Source: Octopus sinensis | Lineage: Eukaryota | Length of the DNA: 64,000 nt | Assembly (NCBI RefSeq): GCF_006345805.1 | Contig: NC_043013.1 | Coordinates: 18,972,001-19,036,000, forward strand | Reading direction: 5' to 3' | Shown here: positions 25,638 through 40,310 of the stretch, piece by piece | Position numbering within the stretch: position 1 is the stretch's first letter | Layout of the letters: every line of letters begins with the position of its first letter | Made by a program: the position numbers and the translations under genes | Notes under the pieces: generated by a model | Database searches by the model: none | Seen by the model: only the letters and a program-made list of their open reading frames with translations | Told to the model about the DNA's origin: nothing

Positions 25638-26180
25638 AATAAAAATAACGTATGGTAAATAAAGAAACGACATAACGTATAGTGAGTGTACAACTGGGCA
25701 GGAGTGAAACACACAAGGTCCCTAATACTTTATCAGATATCAACCATTTGATAAGAGAAAAGGAGAAAATGAAAAGACTAGAATAGAAGTGAGAGGATGA
25801 GAGAAAGAAAGGGGAGAAATAATGACGGTAAGAGAGAGAGAGGGGAGGAGTCATACGGGTATATAAAAACCTGTTAACACAAAGCCCTAAGGTCGTATTT
25901 TGTTCGTCTGTTCGTCTCTCTTTACCGTCCTAAGTCACATTGTGTGTTGTTTTGGTTTGTTGTGTTTCCTCTCGGTCCATAATTCTCCGAAAAAAAAAAA
26001 TGTTTGCGGGCACCGCCAATATGGGAAACCCTCAGTCTTACCATTAATGGTGCGAAACTGAATATTACCAATTGTTTGATAACTGATGAAGAATTAGGGA
26101 CCCTTCTGTGTTTGTCTCCCGTCCGGTTGTACCCTCAGTATACGTTATGCCGTTTGTTTATATACTATACATTTTTCATT
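25638..26180. repeat. Diverged inverted repeat pair (25638-25745 minus, 26072-26180 plus), possibly inverted Penelope-like termini
   Basis: rc ctgataaagtattagggaccttgtgtgttt...tatacgttatgtcgttt aligns with ctgatgaagaattagggacccttctgtgttt...tatacgttatgccgttt. Confidence 0.6.
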
Positions 26181-26184
26181 TATA

Positions 26185-26229
<45 letters not shown>

Positions 26230-26294
26230 ATATATATAATATATATATATATATATAATTATATAATATATATAATATATATGATATATATATA

Positions 26295-26336
<42 letters not shown>

Positions 26337-26339
26337 ATA

Positions 26340-26420
<81 letters not shown>

Positions 26421-26886
26421 GTATAGTTACACACACACTCGCACATACACACACACCAACATATACACCTCCATATATATTCTCACACACGTTAGTAGTA
26501 ATTCAAATTTAAAATCCTCCCGACCACTATTTAATTAAATAAAACTGTAATTATTTTCTGCTCCAGTTTTTAAGATTCTACTACCTCCCTTTAGGGTCCC
26601 CTCTCATCTTCCATCTCTCCATCTTTTACTGTTCTTAGTTGCATCTCTTTCCCAGAACCAAAGTATACTAGGGTTATAAATTATGTTTCCCAACAATATA
26701 CGTCTTTAATATTCTCATCATTTGACTCCGGACAATTGTCTAGTTATGTATTAAGTAGATCTTTTGATTTTAAGTTGTCGCAAACTAATGCCGCTGTGTG
26801 GTCAAATACATCATCTTCCATCGGATGAATTTTGGTGACAATTGTTCAGCCTGTACTGGCTGATACTCCGCCAGCATACCGTTTTG

Positions 26887-26971
<85 letters not shown>

Positions 26972-26980
26972 CTATATGTA

Positions 26981-27011
<31 letters not shown>

Positions 27012-27275
27012 ATATATATGTATGTATGTATATGTGTATATGTATATATATATAATATATATATATTGTAAGATGTAGTTCATATTTATATTTATTTATA
27101 TTCTCTTATACATATTGTACTTATTGTATCATATTATTCCTTCATGTACACTGTTTTGTTCTATATTATTATGTTTGACCTTAATGTTCATATGTAGTGG
27201 CTTAATAAAGTATGTGATTGGGTATTATCTGGTTGTTGATAATTGATTTAGATGTATTTCTCCATTTTATTGTTT

Positions 27276-27371
<96 letters not shown>

Positions 27372-27373
<2 letters not shown>

Positions 27374-27525
27374 ACGACGGGTTTCTTTCAGTTTCCGTCT
27401 ACCAAATCCACTCACAACACTTTGGTCGGTCCGATGCTACAGAGAAACACATTTGCCCTCAGTGGGACTGAACTCCGAAACATTTGGTCGGAAAGCAAAT
27501 TTCCTACCACACAGCCACACCTAGG
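27372..27525 (-). mobile_element. SINE family A head half
   Basis: acgacgggtttctttcagtttccgtctaccaaatcc...accacacagcca. Confidence 0.8.
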
Positions 27526-29369
27526 ATTAATCAATTAAATCGACTCCAATATCTGATTGCTACTTTATTTTATCGAACCTGGAAAATGAAAGACGAAGGT
27601 AACTTCTGCAGGATTTGAACTCAGGCCATAAAGGTCTGGAACAAATGCCACGAGGTACATCGTGTCCGATACTCTATTGAATATGCAACTCTGAAATCGT
27701 TTTAAGAATAAGAGTAACAATGGTTTTAAATTTTAGCCCAAGGCCAGTAATTTGGAGTGGAGAGAGAAAGTCAGTTACATCGACCTCAGTACTTGATTGG
27801 TTTTTATTTCATCGACCAGAGTAAGGATTAAAGTAAAGTTGGCATCAGTGCGATACGAATTCAGAACTTAGAAAGCCGGAAGGAGTGTGAGATATCTTGT
27901 TCGACACTCTGACGCTTCTGTCATAAATAATAACAACTTATCGGTCGCAAGTACTGGTCAAGTACTGAGAGAAATTTAATTCCCCATTGAAAATCTTTAT
28001 CAAAACAAGTAGACGTTGTTAGATCGTCACTGAATCTAAAAATAAGATAATTGACGCTATTTTAATCTCTGGCTGAACTCTTGGGTTACCAATGACCCCT
28101 GGGTCAGACACGCAAAGACGTCATAACACCCAGTTCACAGTTTCGCTGAAATATATGACATTTACGCCTAATCTAAAAATAACTAACCTAAATGAGATTT
28201 CCGGTCCAGTGAGCAAACCTGTATATTGTGTAGGCGCGAATGGAAAGAACGATTTTTTTACGTCATAGCATGCAAAACAGATTTTGAAATGGAATTGCGA
28301 CAAGATAACATTTAGTAAACATCCAAAACTTATGCTTTTATGATTTACACACACACACACACACAAACACACACAAACACACACACAAACACACATACAC
28401 ACACAATCATTATAAACATCTTCGACATACTTTGCATGCCTTGGTAGGGTCCGAAGAGCCAGGATGATGCTATTGTCCGCTTTGGTTCTGGTGTCTGATT
28501 TGTCGTGTTTTCTGCGGCTGCACTACCTTCCTAATGACAATCATGTTTACAAAGTGTACTGGGTGAAGCCACCCACTAAACTCGGAATTTTACGACTGAA
28601 TGGGGTGCAGTATTGAAAGAAGTGGCTTTGTACCATGTTTTGAACGGCTAAACTATGCCCTTCAACCTTGAGTCGTTACAGTATTGAATCTTTGCCCTTT
28701 GACAGTAACTATAGCTTTCAACAAAATAATGAGGTGCTAGATTCCCCAGAATCTTCCGTACACAGACACATACACACACACACAAACAAACACACACACA
28801 CACACACACATATAGTTGAAGAGGGGTTAAGAGTCTATATAAATATAACATTATGGTTAAAATGGTTCAAAAAGCTAATACAGTTGGAAAAGGCATAGAA
28901 GTATATTTTAGAGAATGTTTTATATTTTTATTACAGCAAGTAATTTAAAATATAACAAGTTTCGATGTGTCCATCGCATATCAAAAAGAACTAAAACACG
29001 GGTACAAACTATTAACCTCGAATTGTTTTCTCTTTGACTTCCCGAATCTACCTATTAGTGTAACTTCCTTTTTATTCAACGTTTTTTCATAGTGTCCCGT
29101 TGCCATTAATAGCCGACGAGAGTGCATCGTAGCTCTTCGCTCCAACATTCAAAACTCTGAGTCCCATTATGACAACTTTCTACTGCTTGTTCTAAATTAT
29201 ACCATATATATATATATATATATATATAAAGGGGTTTGTATGATTGTGTATAGAGGGATATATATTATTCAAAGAAATTCCAACTCTGTTTTTTATGTTT
29301 TATTTATATTCTTTATAATATCTTTATAATATTAATGTAGAACATAGAATATATAGTATAAATAATATA

Positions 29370-29408
<39 letters not shown>

Positions 29409-29528
29409 GTAAAATGAAATGAAGTATTGAATAGATGAAATATTGAATATAAAATATTATAAAATATATTATATATATATATATATTTGCACATTCATCT
29501 ATCTACCTGTCTATCTATTAATCAATCA

Positions 29529-29575
<47 letters not shown>

Positions 29576-29809
29576 ACTGCCTGTCAGTCGTATATTCGCC
29601 CTACAGAGTAATGCTTCAGTTATTTGAGCCTCCCTACATCCTTTTCTCTCACAGCGCTGAATTGCTTCGAACTCGGCTTTAGTTTGACTCTTTGTGGGGA
29701 CTATCATTGGGGGCAGTAGCCTAGGCGATCGAGAACAAATGTATTCTCCGATGGATCAATATGACTTCCTTTTTCCCTGTTCTGAATGATTTGGGAATTT
29801 AATGAAGCT

Positions 29810-29975
29810 AATGTGTATTGGCCTGGTTGTAAGAAATTTGCTTCCCAATCATATGGCTCCCAGTTCAGTCCCAGTGCGTGGCACTTTGGGCAAGACTCTT
29901 CTCCTCTAGCCGCGGGCCGGCCAAAGCCTAGTGACTGGATTTGGTAGACGGAAACTGAAAAGGGTGGTCGTGTAT
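29810..29975 (+). mobile_element. SINE family A head half
   Basis: gttcagtcccagtgcgtggcactttgggcaag...tttggtagacggaaactgaaa. Confidence 0.75.
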
Positions 29976-30177
29976 ATATATATATATATAGATAAGAGAA
30001 AAAAATCTATCAGAAAGGAAGTCTGTCTCTCTTAAAAAAATATCTTTTGATAAGCATAACAAATGCGCAACCGGTAAAAAGAACTTTCACCTAATTAAAT
30101 ACACTCTCCCTTACTTAAATTATTTTGGTCAGCATTTTCTTCATTTCCTTTATATATATATATATATATACTATATA

Positions 30178-30209
<32 letters not shown>

Positions 30210-30220
30210 TATTATATATA

Positions 30221-30259
<39 letters not shown>

Positions 30260-30449
30260 TTCTAGTACATGTTTCAGTCATTTGAGTGCGGCCAAGCTGG
30301 TTCACCACTTTTAAGAGTGCTAGTCGAAGAAATCGACCTCAGGATTTATTCTTTGTAAGCCTAGTACTTATTCTATCGGTCTCCGAGCCGCTATGTTATG
30401 GGGACATAAACATACTAGCAAGCTTCTTACTACACTGCCACATCTTAGA

Positions 30450-30452
30450 GAA

Positions 30453-30520
<68 letters not shown>

Positions 30521-30532
30521 ACAGACAGATAA

Positions 30533-30585
<53 letters not shown>

Positions 30586-30605
30586 CAGACAGATAGACAG
30601 ACAGG

Positions 30606-30673
<68 letters not shown>

Positions 30674-30675
30674 CA
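30450..30675. repeat. (GATA)n microsatellite
   Basis: Direct inspection. Confidence 0.95.
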
Positions 30676-31384
30676 ATTGTTGGAATATCCAAGGATCTAA
30701 AAGTACAAACTTTGTAAGCTTCGACAGGCTTTGGTAGTTATAAAAAGCAACGTACAGGAACAACAGCAAAATATTGACGTCGAATGTTGTAAGCTTTTCC
30801 CATATCGAAGTTTGATAAGCATAAAAAAAATATCTATAACCCTTAGTTAGCAACTAGAGTTGCTATGAATGCAAATAAAAATCCAAATTGGGTGAGTGGA
30901 ACTGGTAAAATCAAGGTTACATATGCTTCGTAACGAGCAGATCCTTTGATGCCATATTTACTCAATTAGGGGTATTCAGCAAGCTACTCATCAGGTCGAA
31001 GATATCCTAATTATATGAACGTTACATTGTCGCACGCGAATCCCAAGTTAAGTCACCAAAGATGTGATTTGAAATGAGCGGTGAAGCTAGTCGAACAGAA
31101 AGTTTTACAGATTTTTACACTTCGAATGATGGATCGAATCTGTAGTCTTCAGAAGCCCAGTTTCTCAAGATTGGTATTTAGCAGTCTGTTACGAATCTCA
31201 GTGCCCCAAAAATTACACGTATAAACTTGTACTTGTAATCTGGATAGAGTAACTGCACATTTCTCAATAGTTCAGCATAGGTGTTCTCTTTTTCACTGAT
31301 CTCAGCTTTACGTTAACATACGCTGATTTTCACAATTGTACACTGTTACTCATCTCTTTCTCAAATCCTTATATCGGGTCTATT

Positions 31385-31604
31385 CTTTTATTCTTTTAAT
31401 TTGTTTCAGTCATTTGACTGCAGCCATGCTGGAGCACCGCCTTTAGTCGAGCAAATCGACTCCAGGACTTATTCTTTGTAAGCCTAGTACCTATTCTATC
31501 GGTCTCTTTTGCCGAAGCGCTAAGTTACGGAGACGTAAACACACCAGCATCGGTTGTTAAGCGATTTTGGGAGGACAAACACAGACACACAAACATATAC
31601 ACAC

Positions 31605-31635
<31 letters not shown>

Positions 31636-31638
31636 AAC

Positions 31639-31703
<65 letters not shown>

Positions 31704-31878
31704 CATACATATATACGACGGGTTCTTTTCAGTTTCCTCCTGCCAAATCCACTCACAAGGCTTTGGTCGGCCCGAGGCTATAGTAGAAGACACTTGCCCA
31801 AGGTGTCAAGCAGTGGGACTGAACCTGAAACCATGTGGCTGGTAAGCAAGCTACTTACCACACAGCCAGTGCTACGCC

Positions 31879-31880
<2 letters not shown>
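31385..31880 (-). mobile_element. SINE family A, full length, with expanded internal (AC)n/(AT)n
   Basis: Matches the family consensus at both ends. Confidence 0.9.
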
Positions 31881-31951
<71 letters not shown>

Positions 31952-32715
31952 ATATTATATATATTATATATATATATATATATATAATATATATATATAT
32001 ATATACATACATATGTTTATACATACATATCTACGCATATCTTTTATCTTTTACTTGTTTCAGCTATAGGATTGTGGCCAAGATGGAGCACTGTTTTGAA
32101 GAATTTAGTGACATAAATTGACTTTAGTACTTATTTTAAAGCCTGGTTCATATTCTATTAATATTTCTCCGAACCGCTATGTTACGGGGGACATAAAGAA
32201 ACACCACTGGCTGCTGTGGAGCTGGTGGTGGTGGTGGTGGGTCTTGGCTAAAAGCAAAGGTGACTCTCGTCAGCCATACCTCTCCGCTATACCAGCCATT
32301 CTCGTCCACTATACCTCTTTCGCCAAAACCACCAGATAGATAAAAAGAATGCCCTTTTTTCTAGACTAAAGAAGAACGGCGAAACGATAAACTCAGCTGA
32401 TATCTAGATTCATCTTACATAAGAGAAGACCGTATAAACATGGTACAGAACACGATATTGACTTATAAAAACGTTTAATATACTTTATAGTATATTATGG
32501 TTGCATAACGAAACACCGTGTCTCTACAAGTCATTAACATAAGAGAGAAGCTGTTCAACAAATCTTCATACACTGACAAAGTGAGTGCAGAGCGGTTTTG
32601 TCACTCTGTGAACCACGGACATGTCCGGTTGACAAAACTTTTATGCCAGTAGAGCTTATTGCGAACCGGCAATGCTCGCCTGTAACACTGTGAGACCAGG
32701 TATCTGTGGCATATA

Positions 32716-33915
32716 TACGAGGTACATTTTAGAAATTTTGAGGCCTAAATTTTAAGAGATGCAGTTATAACTGTCCTAGATTATTGTAATATTAGTGTAT
32801 CACTACTTTCTATCTAATAAGCTGGCCTGTCAACTTTTTAATTCTAGATTGAAGGAGACGAGTTTCAACAATGCAGTCGGGACGTGAAGGCATTTTGGAA
32901 ACTAGCCAATGCAATAAAGGTTTGACTTAAAGTGGGCAAAAGCGATACAGAAGCTGATTAAATGCTCCAGACTTCTTATGGATTAACTTGTATGAGCCGA
33001 CATTCTATTTTTTGATGTCACAAGAAGTTCAAGGACGATAGAGAGAAAGTGAGAGACCATGAGAGGTGTGAAAAGGAAAGGGTAATCAAAACATCTCGAT
33101 TTTCTGAATGAAGACTGTCGCGTGTTTAGAAAAACAATAAGCATGCAGTTTAAATTTAGTATAAAAGTGTACATAGAATTATTAATAAAAGTCTTAACAT
33201 GTGCAAAATGGGAGATGGTTGAGCTCTTTGCCTCCAATTAATGAGTACTTGGGGTTCTGGTAACCTGTGACGAAGATTGGATCTGCAATTATGATCCAGA
33301 GTCCAAGAAACAGATGCCTAATGGAAGCGTCTTGGCTACCTCAGACCTTAGAACGCCGGGCGAAGGTTCAAGAAGAAGTTCGTGATGATCCTCCTTTACG
33401 GCAGCAAAGCCATTATTTACATCATTTGGGCTCTCTCTCTCCAGACAGTCAACAAAGAGTACTTTGTGGCGATTTTGAGAGAGTTCAAGAAAAGATTACG
33501 TAGAAAAAAGCAAGAACTCTTCCTCTCGGATCGGTGGCAGCTGCACCAGAACAATGCACCAGTCGATGGATCCATTCTGGTATATAACTACTTGACAATG
33601 ATGGGTATCAGAACTATCGTTCATCCTTCCTACGGTTCAGATTTTGTGATCTGTGACTTTTGGTTGTTCCCCAAGCTGTAGGAGAACTAAGAGGCAGTTG
33701 TTTTGAAGACATGCAGAAGATAAAAGATGTAACGATGGTCCTGGGCAACATTACTTTGGAGGATTCCACAAGGTCTTCAAGAAGTGGCGGGAGCGCTACG
33801 ATAAGTCTAATGAGGTGAGAGGATCCTACCTTGATTGAAATTAAAGTTTTGTACTTCTTTGAAGATAATAAATGTCTCTCTTAGAAAACGTTTCAAGACT
33901 TCTGGAATGCACTTT
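32716..33915 (+). mobile_element. Degenerate mariner (DD34D-type) DNA transposon
   Basis: AIKV*LKVGKS...MLQTSYG..CMSR N-terminus; YDPESK; HQNNAP; HPSYGSDFVICDFWLFPKL; imperfect inverted ends (tacgagg...). Confidence 0.8.
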
Positions 33916-34299
33916 CTTTCGATGTTCGTGGCCTGAATGTCTTCCAGAACATTCCAGTCAATGGTTTCTCAAAGAACGTCGTCGTCGTTTTACTTGATAT
34001 TTCAGATGTCGTGTGCCCTCCCTCGGCTTTTGAATACGCACTACAGCTATGTGAAAGAAACCAATTTGGGGAAGGACGCTCCTGACGAACGGCGACCGAA
34101 TGTGATCACGCTCTAGATGCTACAGATTCAGAGCATGCCTACACATCATCATACACAGTGGGTATTGACCACAAATGGGACGCATCCTTCCATAAAAAAA
34201 GCAGAAGAACAAGTTACGATAGTCGGGCAGTAATGGATCATTGAGGTGATATGGAAGTTTGTAACATTTGCATGTCCTTTCAGGGATCGCTTTCATCTT

Positions 34300-34990
34300 A
34301 ATCCATTTGTGAGTGAGATTAGACATTGTATTCTTAAACCAGTCTCTGTTTCATCCAGTTCTGCTCAGTGCTGTTGGACGGTAATGACTTGTCTTTGCAA
34401 GTGTCAGACTGCAAGCACATTGTCTAACCTTTTGCTCCCGTCACTGCCTCGTAGTTTCTTATAGCATCACCGATCAGTTCATTTGCATATGCCATCTGAG
34501 ACCGTTCACATGCTAGTTCACGCGCTGTGCTCCCCACCGTCTCTAATTTCGGTAGTAGTGATTCAACACTCAATACATACAGAAGAGATGAAAGAGGACA
34601 TCCTTGGCAGAACAAGCATTTGATGCGAATGGTTCCGATAGGTGATTATCCACTCTGATCACCGAGTAGATGCTGTTGTACAAGGCTCTGAGAACACAGT
34701 CTTTCCATTGAAGAAAGACCTGTGCTCTCATTGGTCGCAATTCATAGTCAGAAGCTGGTATTTTCATCTATGATAGGTCACATGTCAGAAGATCATCAAC
34801 ACGTGATGTTTCTACTGCCCTCTATGTCCAAATGTGAATATCTACCGCCGGCCTGGGTCTCCATTTTCGAAAAAAATGTATACGAGTACGTACAAACTTC
34901 TGAGCACCTTTTGCCACAAAATCTAAGTACCGATAGGGTTAGGTAGTCATTTAAGGGCTCTTGACAGAAAGGCTATCAAAACTGTTAAGG
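34300..34990 (-). mobile_element. L1/Tx1-type LINE RT fragment (degenerate)
   Basis: LYNSIYSVIRVDNHLSEPF and QGCPLSSLLYVLSVESLL. Confidence 0.7.
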
Positions 34991-35063
34991 GAAACTGCAA
35001 AGAGAAAGTGACTATGCTTCAAATCGAGTGGACGAAAAACATTCATAATCATTTATATGAATG

Positions 35064-35135
<72 letters not shown>

Positions 35136-35185
35136 TGCACACACACACATGCAATATACTTATACACATACATACGCAAGCACGC

Positions 35186-35272
35186 CGTGGAGGAACGTGG
35201 CCTAGTGGTTAGAACAGCGGACTCGCGGTCGAGGGATCGCGGGTTCGAATCTCAGACCGGGCGACGTGTGTG
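35186..35272 (+). mobile_element. SINE family C head fragment
   Basis: gtggaggaacgtggcctagtggttagaacagcggactcgcggtc...gggttcgaatc. Confidence 0.75.
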
Positions 35273-35794
35273 CTTTCGTCGATTTGGTTGATAATCAATT
35301 TTTGGTCGCTTTTCCATGTCTCTATTAACATGCATAAATACAGGTATACGTTAAGTAGAGCATGATTAACAATTTGCACAATTGAGAGTTTACAATGTGT
35401 GCGCGCGCGTGTGTATGTGTGTGTGTTTGTTAGTACGTATATATGTCTATATATACATATATATATATGTGTGTGTGTGTGTGTGTTTGTGTGTGTGTAT
35501 ATGTATGTATATATGCGTGTGTAGATGTCTATATATAAGTGTGTATGAAGAAGCAGAGAGATAGAGAGAGAGAGAGAGGGAGAGAGAGAGAGGGAGAGAG
35601 AGAGAGAAAGGAAGATGACCAATCAGTGAGACCGGACTATTTATTGTAAGACTTTCATGCGGCAATATAATTATAAGCAGTATGGAGTTGGAGGTGAAAA
35701 TAATACAATAATAACCACAGGAAAGAGGTGTTGATGGAAATTAAAACTGTGTGCTTAGTAGTAAATATATACTTATAAATATATATATGTATAC

Positions 35795-36360
35795 ATACAT
35801 ACATGGTGGCTGCCCCCTCGGTATCGAGTATGACCATTGCACGAAGCTTAATCAATATTGTTATCGTGCAATGCCTGTGCAAGATTTTTTTCAAAGTGAG
35901 GAAAGGCTGTGCACTTCCCTCTCAATCCCTCTCACTAAGCAACAGCAGCCATAATCCGAAAAGAAGAACATGTCAACATCATCGGTAACCACTGAGCCGC
36001 AGGTTTTATATCGGAGTTATCCCAGTTACTTGAGTTACCTTCTCATAGAAGGATGTCCTAACAAAAGCTAGGAGTCCTTCACTCCCAATGGTTTAACTGC
36101 GCGATCGAGTATTCAGTTCAGTTATTTCTATGTCCCCGCGCATGATACATCCTTAAGACATTTATTGGAAGGCCGTTGACTCTCAAGAGTTCCTCCGCCC
36201 TTTGACGGGTTTTGCTTTTCATCCCGTAGGGTGTCCAATAAACACCCTCCTCACCAAGCAAGCTTGGTGGAGTTGCCGGTTTAGTCGCCGACGACCCGAC
36301 CATGCAATAGGTTGTACTGGGTTACATGTTACCAGTAGCACTCGAAAGTGACCTGACATA
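35795..36360 (-). mobile_element. Non-coding interspersed retroposon-like element, copy 1 (possibly a non-autonomous RTE derivative)
   Basis: Colinear with 44575-45125; microsatellites at both ends; no real ORF. The RTE affinity is inference from recalled 5'UTR style. Confidence 0.6.
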
Positions 36361-36400
36361 AACATACATACACACACACACCACACACACACACACACAC

Positions 36401-36450
<50 letters not shown>

Positions 36451-36459
36451 TATATATAT

Positions 36460-36512
<53 letters not shown>

Positions 36513-37009
36513 TATTATATATATATATATATTATATATATATATATGCATGTATGTATAAACCCAACCAGCAAAGAAGCGAAATACATTTCTTAAATAA
36601 ATAACCCTGAGGAACACAATTTTAGCCGCGTTTCACTTAACGCTTGTTTTTGATTATTTATTGACCTCTGAATTAAAAATGACCCGTTTTTTTTTTCATT
36701 TCACGTCAGACTGTTTTCTCAAAAACCATAAAGACACCGCTCCTAAAAATTTTGTCCTCGTTTTATAGAGCGTTTTAAAATTTTACATACGATAGAAAAT
36801 AATAAAACTTTGCTTGACTGTAATGACTGTGCAAATATATTTTGTTCACACAAAGGATATTGTTATTGTGAGTCAAATTGTGTGCAAGTAGTTATGATAG
36901 AAATCTACGCTTATAGCTAGTTCTGGAGTGTTCAATCTTTGGATATTTTTGCTTTATGTTCCAGCAACAGTCAGCCATAATATTTACATCTCATCTACCC
37001 TGATACCTA

Positions 37010-37422
37010 TTTCTTCACAGCCCACAAGGGACTAAACACAGAGGGGACAAACAAGGACAGGCAAACGGATTAAGTCGATTATATCGACCCCAGTGTGTAA
37101 CTGGTACTTAATTTAAAGACCCCGAAAGGATGAAAGGCAAAAACGACCTGGGCGGAATTGGAACTCAGAACGTAACGGTAGACAAGATACCTATTTCTTT
37201 ACTACCCACAAGGGGCTAAACACAGAGGGGGCAAACGAGGACAGACAAAGGGATTAAGTCGATTATATCGACCCCAGTGCGTAACTGGTACTTAATTTAT
37301 CGACCCCGAAAAGATGAAAGGCAAAGTCGACTTCGACGGAATTTGAACTCAGAACGTAACGGCAGACGAGTTACTGCTAAGCATTTCGCCCGGCGTGCTA
37401 AAGTTTCTGCCAGCTCGCCGCC
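37010..37422 (-). mobile_element. SINE family B multimer (head plus about 2 units)
   Basis: Head rc aaggcggcgagctggcagaaac at about 37400-37422; junction near 37190. Confidence 0.9.
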
Positions 37423-38149
37423 TTGTCTACCCTGATAGCGCTTCTCCATGACCTTTATTGCAGAAGTAGGAATAAAATTTTCTTTTTGTCAACAAGCGGA
37501 TCTTGTAGAATGTTGAGATCACCAGATTTGCAGTTAGATCTTGGAGGCCAATTTTTTTCTACCCAATGCTTCTCTCGAGTACTGCTCTCTCACATACATA
37601 GAAAACATGGATACTTGGTGCGTCTGCATTGCTGAACAAGGAGGAAGCATGCCATTTCAAAGTTAACATAATATTCAGTTGTGTTTGTAACTCAATGAGT
37701 TTATTTATGTCTCCGTATCATTCACAAAGACAAACTACATGCCCAGTTGGGATTGCACCATCCTGGAAACAGTACGGAAGTAATGGTAGTTGGAAACTAA
37801 ATGACGGTTCTGTCTTTCGTTTCTCTGTCTCTGTCTCCCTCTGACTGTCAATTCTATATCTGCCTCTTTTTGACACCTTCCAGGCGGCAAGTCATGATAT
37901 GAACTAATTTAAAACTTCTCAAAAAAATTTTTTTCCCCCAGGGAAAATGATGATGCCTGGGACCTCTGAACCTTACCCAAGGCACCAGACAACTTGTTAA
38001 ATCTGTGCGCTTATAGCACAGTCCTGGATATCAACCATGGAAATACACCCTAGAACCCGTGTCGTTCGAAGAACGCGTTCACCAGTGACCTTAAGTTCTA
38101 ACACTGAGTTCGAAAAGTCTTTAAATCAGGACCAACCTCCTCAAGAACC

Positions 38150-40310
38150 AGTTGATCTGCAAATCAAATCAGAGATATTCCAGAAACTGACGCTCAGGAT
38201 CAACTACCAAACCTATCTCAAAGAAATAGAAATACAAGACGGAAATGGACTAAGGAGGAATAAATCGAAGTTACGCATGATTATTATTATTCAACACTAA
38301 ACCCAGAGATACCAACCACATGAAAAGTGACCTACAATAACTCAGCTGTTTATGTTGCAAATCAGAAATGCGGTATTAAAATTAGCGATAGACAAAAACA
38401 AGTGCAATGTACACAAACAGCCTGCATGGATGGAAAGGATAAACCGGCAAATAATCCAAGAGCGACAAAGAATTAGAAGACCTGAATATTGTCATGGAAT
38501 TCAGCTCTGATACAGGTATGGAATTCGGACTTGAGAAATGTGTAAAGGCTACATTCAAGGCAGGGAAGTTCATAAAGACAAAAAGTAAAGAACTTGATAC
38601 TATCACAGCAATTTGAAACTTAAACCAATCCGAAGTATACAAATATCTGGGGACCAATGAAGTTGATGGTATCCAGCACTCTAAAATGAAAGAAAATCCG
38701 CAAGGAATACTACCGAAGAGTAAGAATGATCCCAAACTCAGAATTAAATGCTGCTAACAGAATTAATGCGATCAATTATTTGGCCATACCAGTAACCACA
38801 TATAGCTTTGGTATCATTAGGTGGAGTCTCACTGACATGCAGAATATTGATAGAAAGATCCGTAAAATCCTTACAAGGTACTGAATGCACCTTGCAAAAT
38901 CAGATGTAGACAGAATTTATCTCCCAAGGAAAATAGATGAAAGAGGCCTGACACAGCTCGAACAATCCTTCAAAACAGCAATAATAGGTCTTAAAACGTA
39001 CTTTAAGAACTGCACTGAAGTATGAAGATTCCACGCAAGCGTCAGTCATGAAACTTAGAAATTTAAAAAGTCTCTTGACCTATAAGTTAAAAATAAGAAT
39101 GATCAAAGACACACATATACTGACAGACCTATCATTGCTTCTCATGATTTAGAAATTAACAATCAGAAAGACCAAAGAGATCCAAATAGTGACAAACCTA
39201 TCATTGATGCAAAAAGCATTAAACAAAAAGCAAAGAAGGCTTGCATGAATAATATCGAAGACAACTGGAAAGGTAAACTCCTGCATGGAAAATACCCTAA
39301 TCGGCTGTGCAAGTCAGATATTGATCAAAATCTAACACACCAATGGCTATAAGGGACAGTTTTGAAAGGGGAGACAGAAGGTTTTATTATTGAAGCGCAA
39401 GATCAGAGCTTACCTACTAGAAACTACTATGCAAACATCCTTAAAGATGGATCTTTCCACTCGTACAGAATTTGCGGAGAATCCACAGAGACAATTGATC
39501 ATACTGTTTCTGGCTGCCCACTCCTCGATGCAGAGAAGCATCTCATAATACATGATAGACTAGGACAGTAAACATACTGGAATGCTTGTAAATAGTACAA
39601 AATTAAATCCAATGATAGATTCTATAGGCACCATCCAGAGGATGTAGTAAATGGCGAGGATGTCACCAGACTCTCTTACTCTTTACTCTTTTACTTGTTT
39701 CAGTCATTTGACTGCGGCCATGCTGGGGCACCGCCTTTAGTCGAGCAAATCGACCCCGGGACTTATTCTTTGTAAGCCCAGTACTTATTCTATCGGTCTC
39801 TTTTGCCGAACCGCTAAGTGACGGGGACGTAAACACACCACCATATACAGACAAACACAGACACACACATATATATATATACATATATACGACAGGCTTC
39901 TTTCAGTTTCCGTCTACCAAATCCACTCACAAGGCATTGGTCGGCCCGGGGCTATAGCAGAAGACACTTGCCCAAGATGCCACGCAGTGGGACTGAACCC
40001 GGAACCATGTGGCTGATTAGCAAGCTACTTACCACACAGCCACTCCTGCGCCTATGGAACTTCCCAATACAAACATTCAGAAAAATTGACTCCAATCGAC
40101 CAGACATTGTGATCAAGGACCACAACAGAGGAACTTGTCTGTTAATAGATATGTCTGTTCCACAAGATCAAAATTTCTCAAGAAAGGAATACGAAAAGCT
40201 CTCTCACTATAAATATCTGCAAATTGAAATCACAAAAATACGGAAGCTTAGTACTACGATAATGCCAATAGTAATTGGTGCATTGAGAATGATAAAGACG
40301 TATTGAAAAT
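38150..40310 (+). mobile_element. Degenerate Dong/R4-type RLE LINE (RT, CCHC region, RLE), interrupted by a SINE
   Basis: GMEFGLEKC, KYLG, LHGKYP, LKGETEGFIIEAQDQSLPTRNY, RICGESTETIDHTVSGC, WNFPIQT...NRPDIV...LIDMSVP. Confidence 0.85.
39674..40053 (-). mobile_element. SINE family A, full length, nested in the R4-type LINE
   Basis: LINE peptide reads VVNGEDVTRL before the SINE and LWNFPIQ after it. Confidence 0.9.

Noticed and set aside
26180-26420. Phase shifts (TAAT/ATTA) inside long (TA)n tracts that look like an encoded pattern
   Set aside because: Expected from slippage or long-read consensus error in (TA)n; no consistent periodicity established.
30368-30853. Hydrophobic 161-aa ORF resembling a membrane protein
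   Set aside because: Mostly (GATA)n translation; the unique part is short, AT-rich and has no motif or splice support.
36118-36303. Matching ORFs MVGSSATKP... at 36118 and 44844
   Set aside because: Two copies of one interspersed repeat, so similarity reflects the repeat and not protein conservation.
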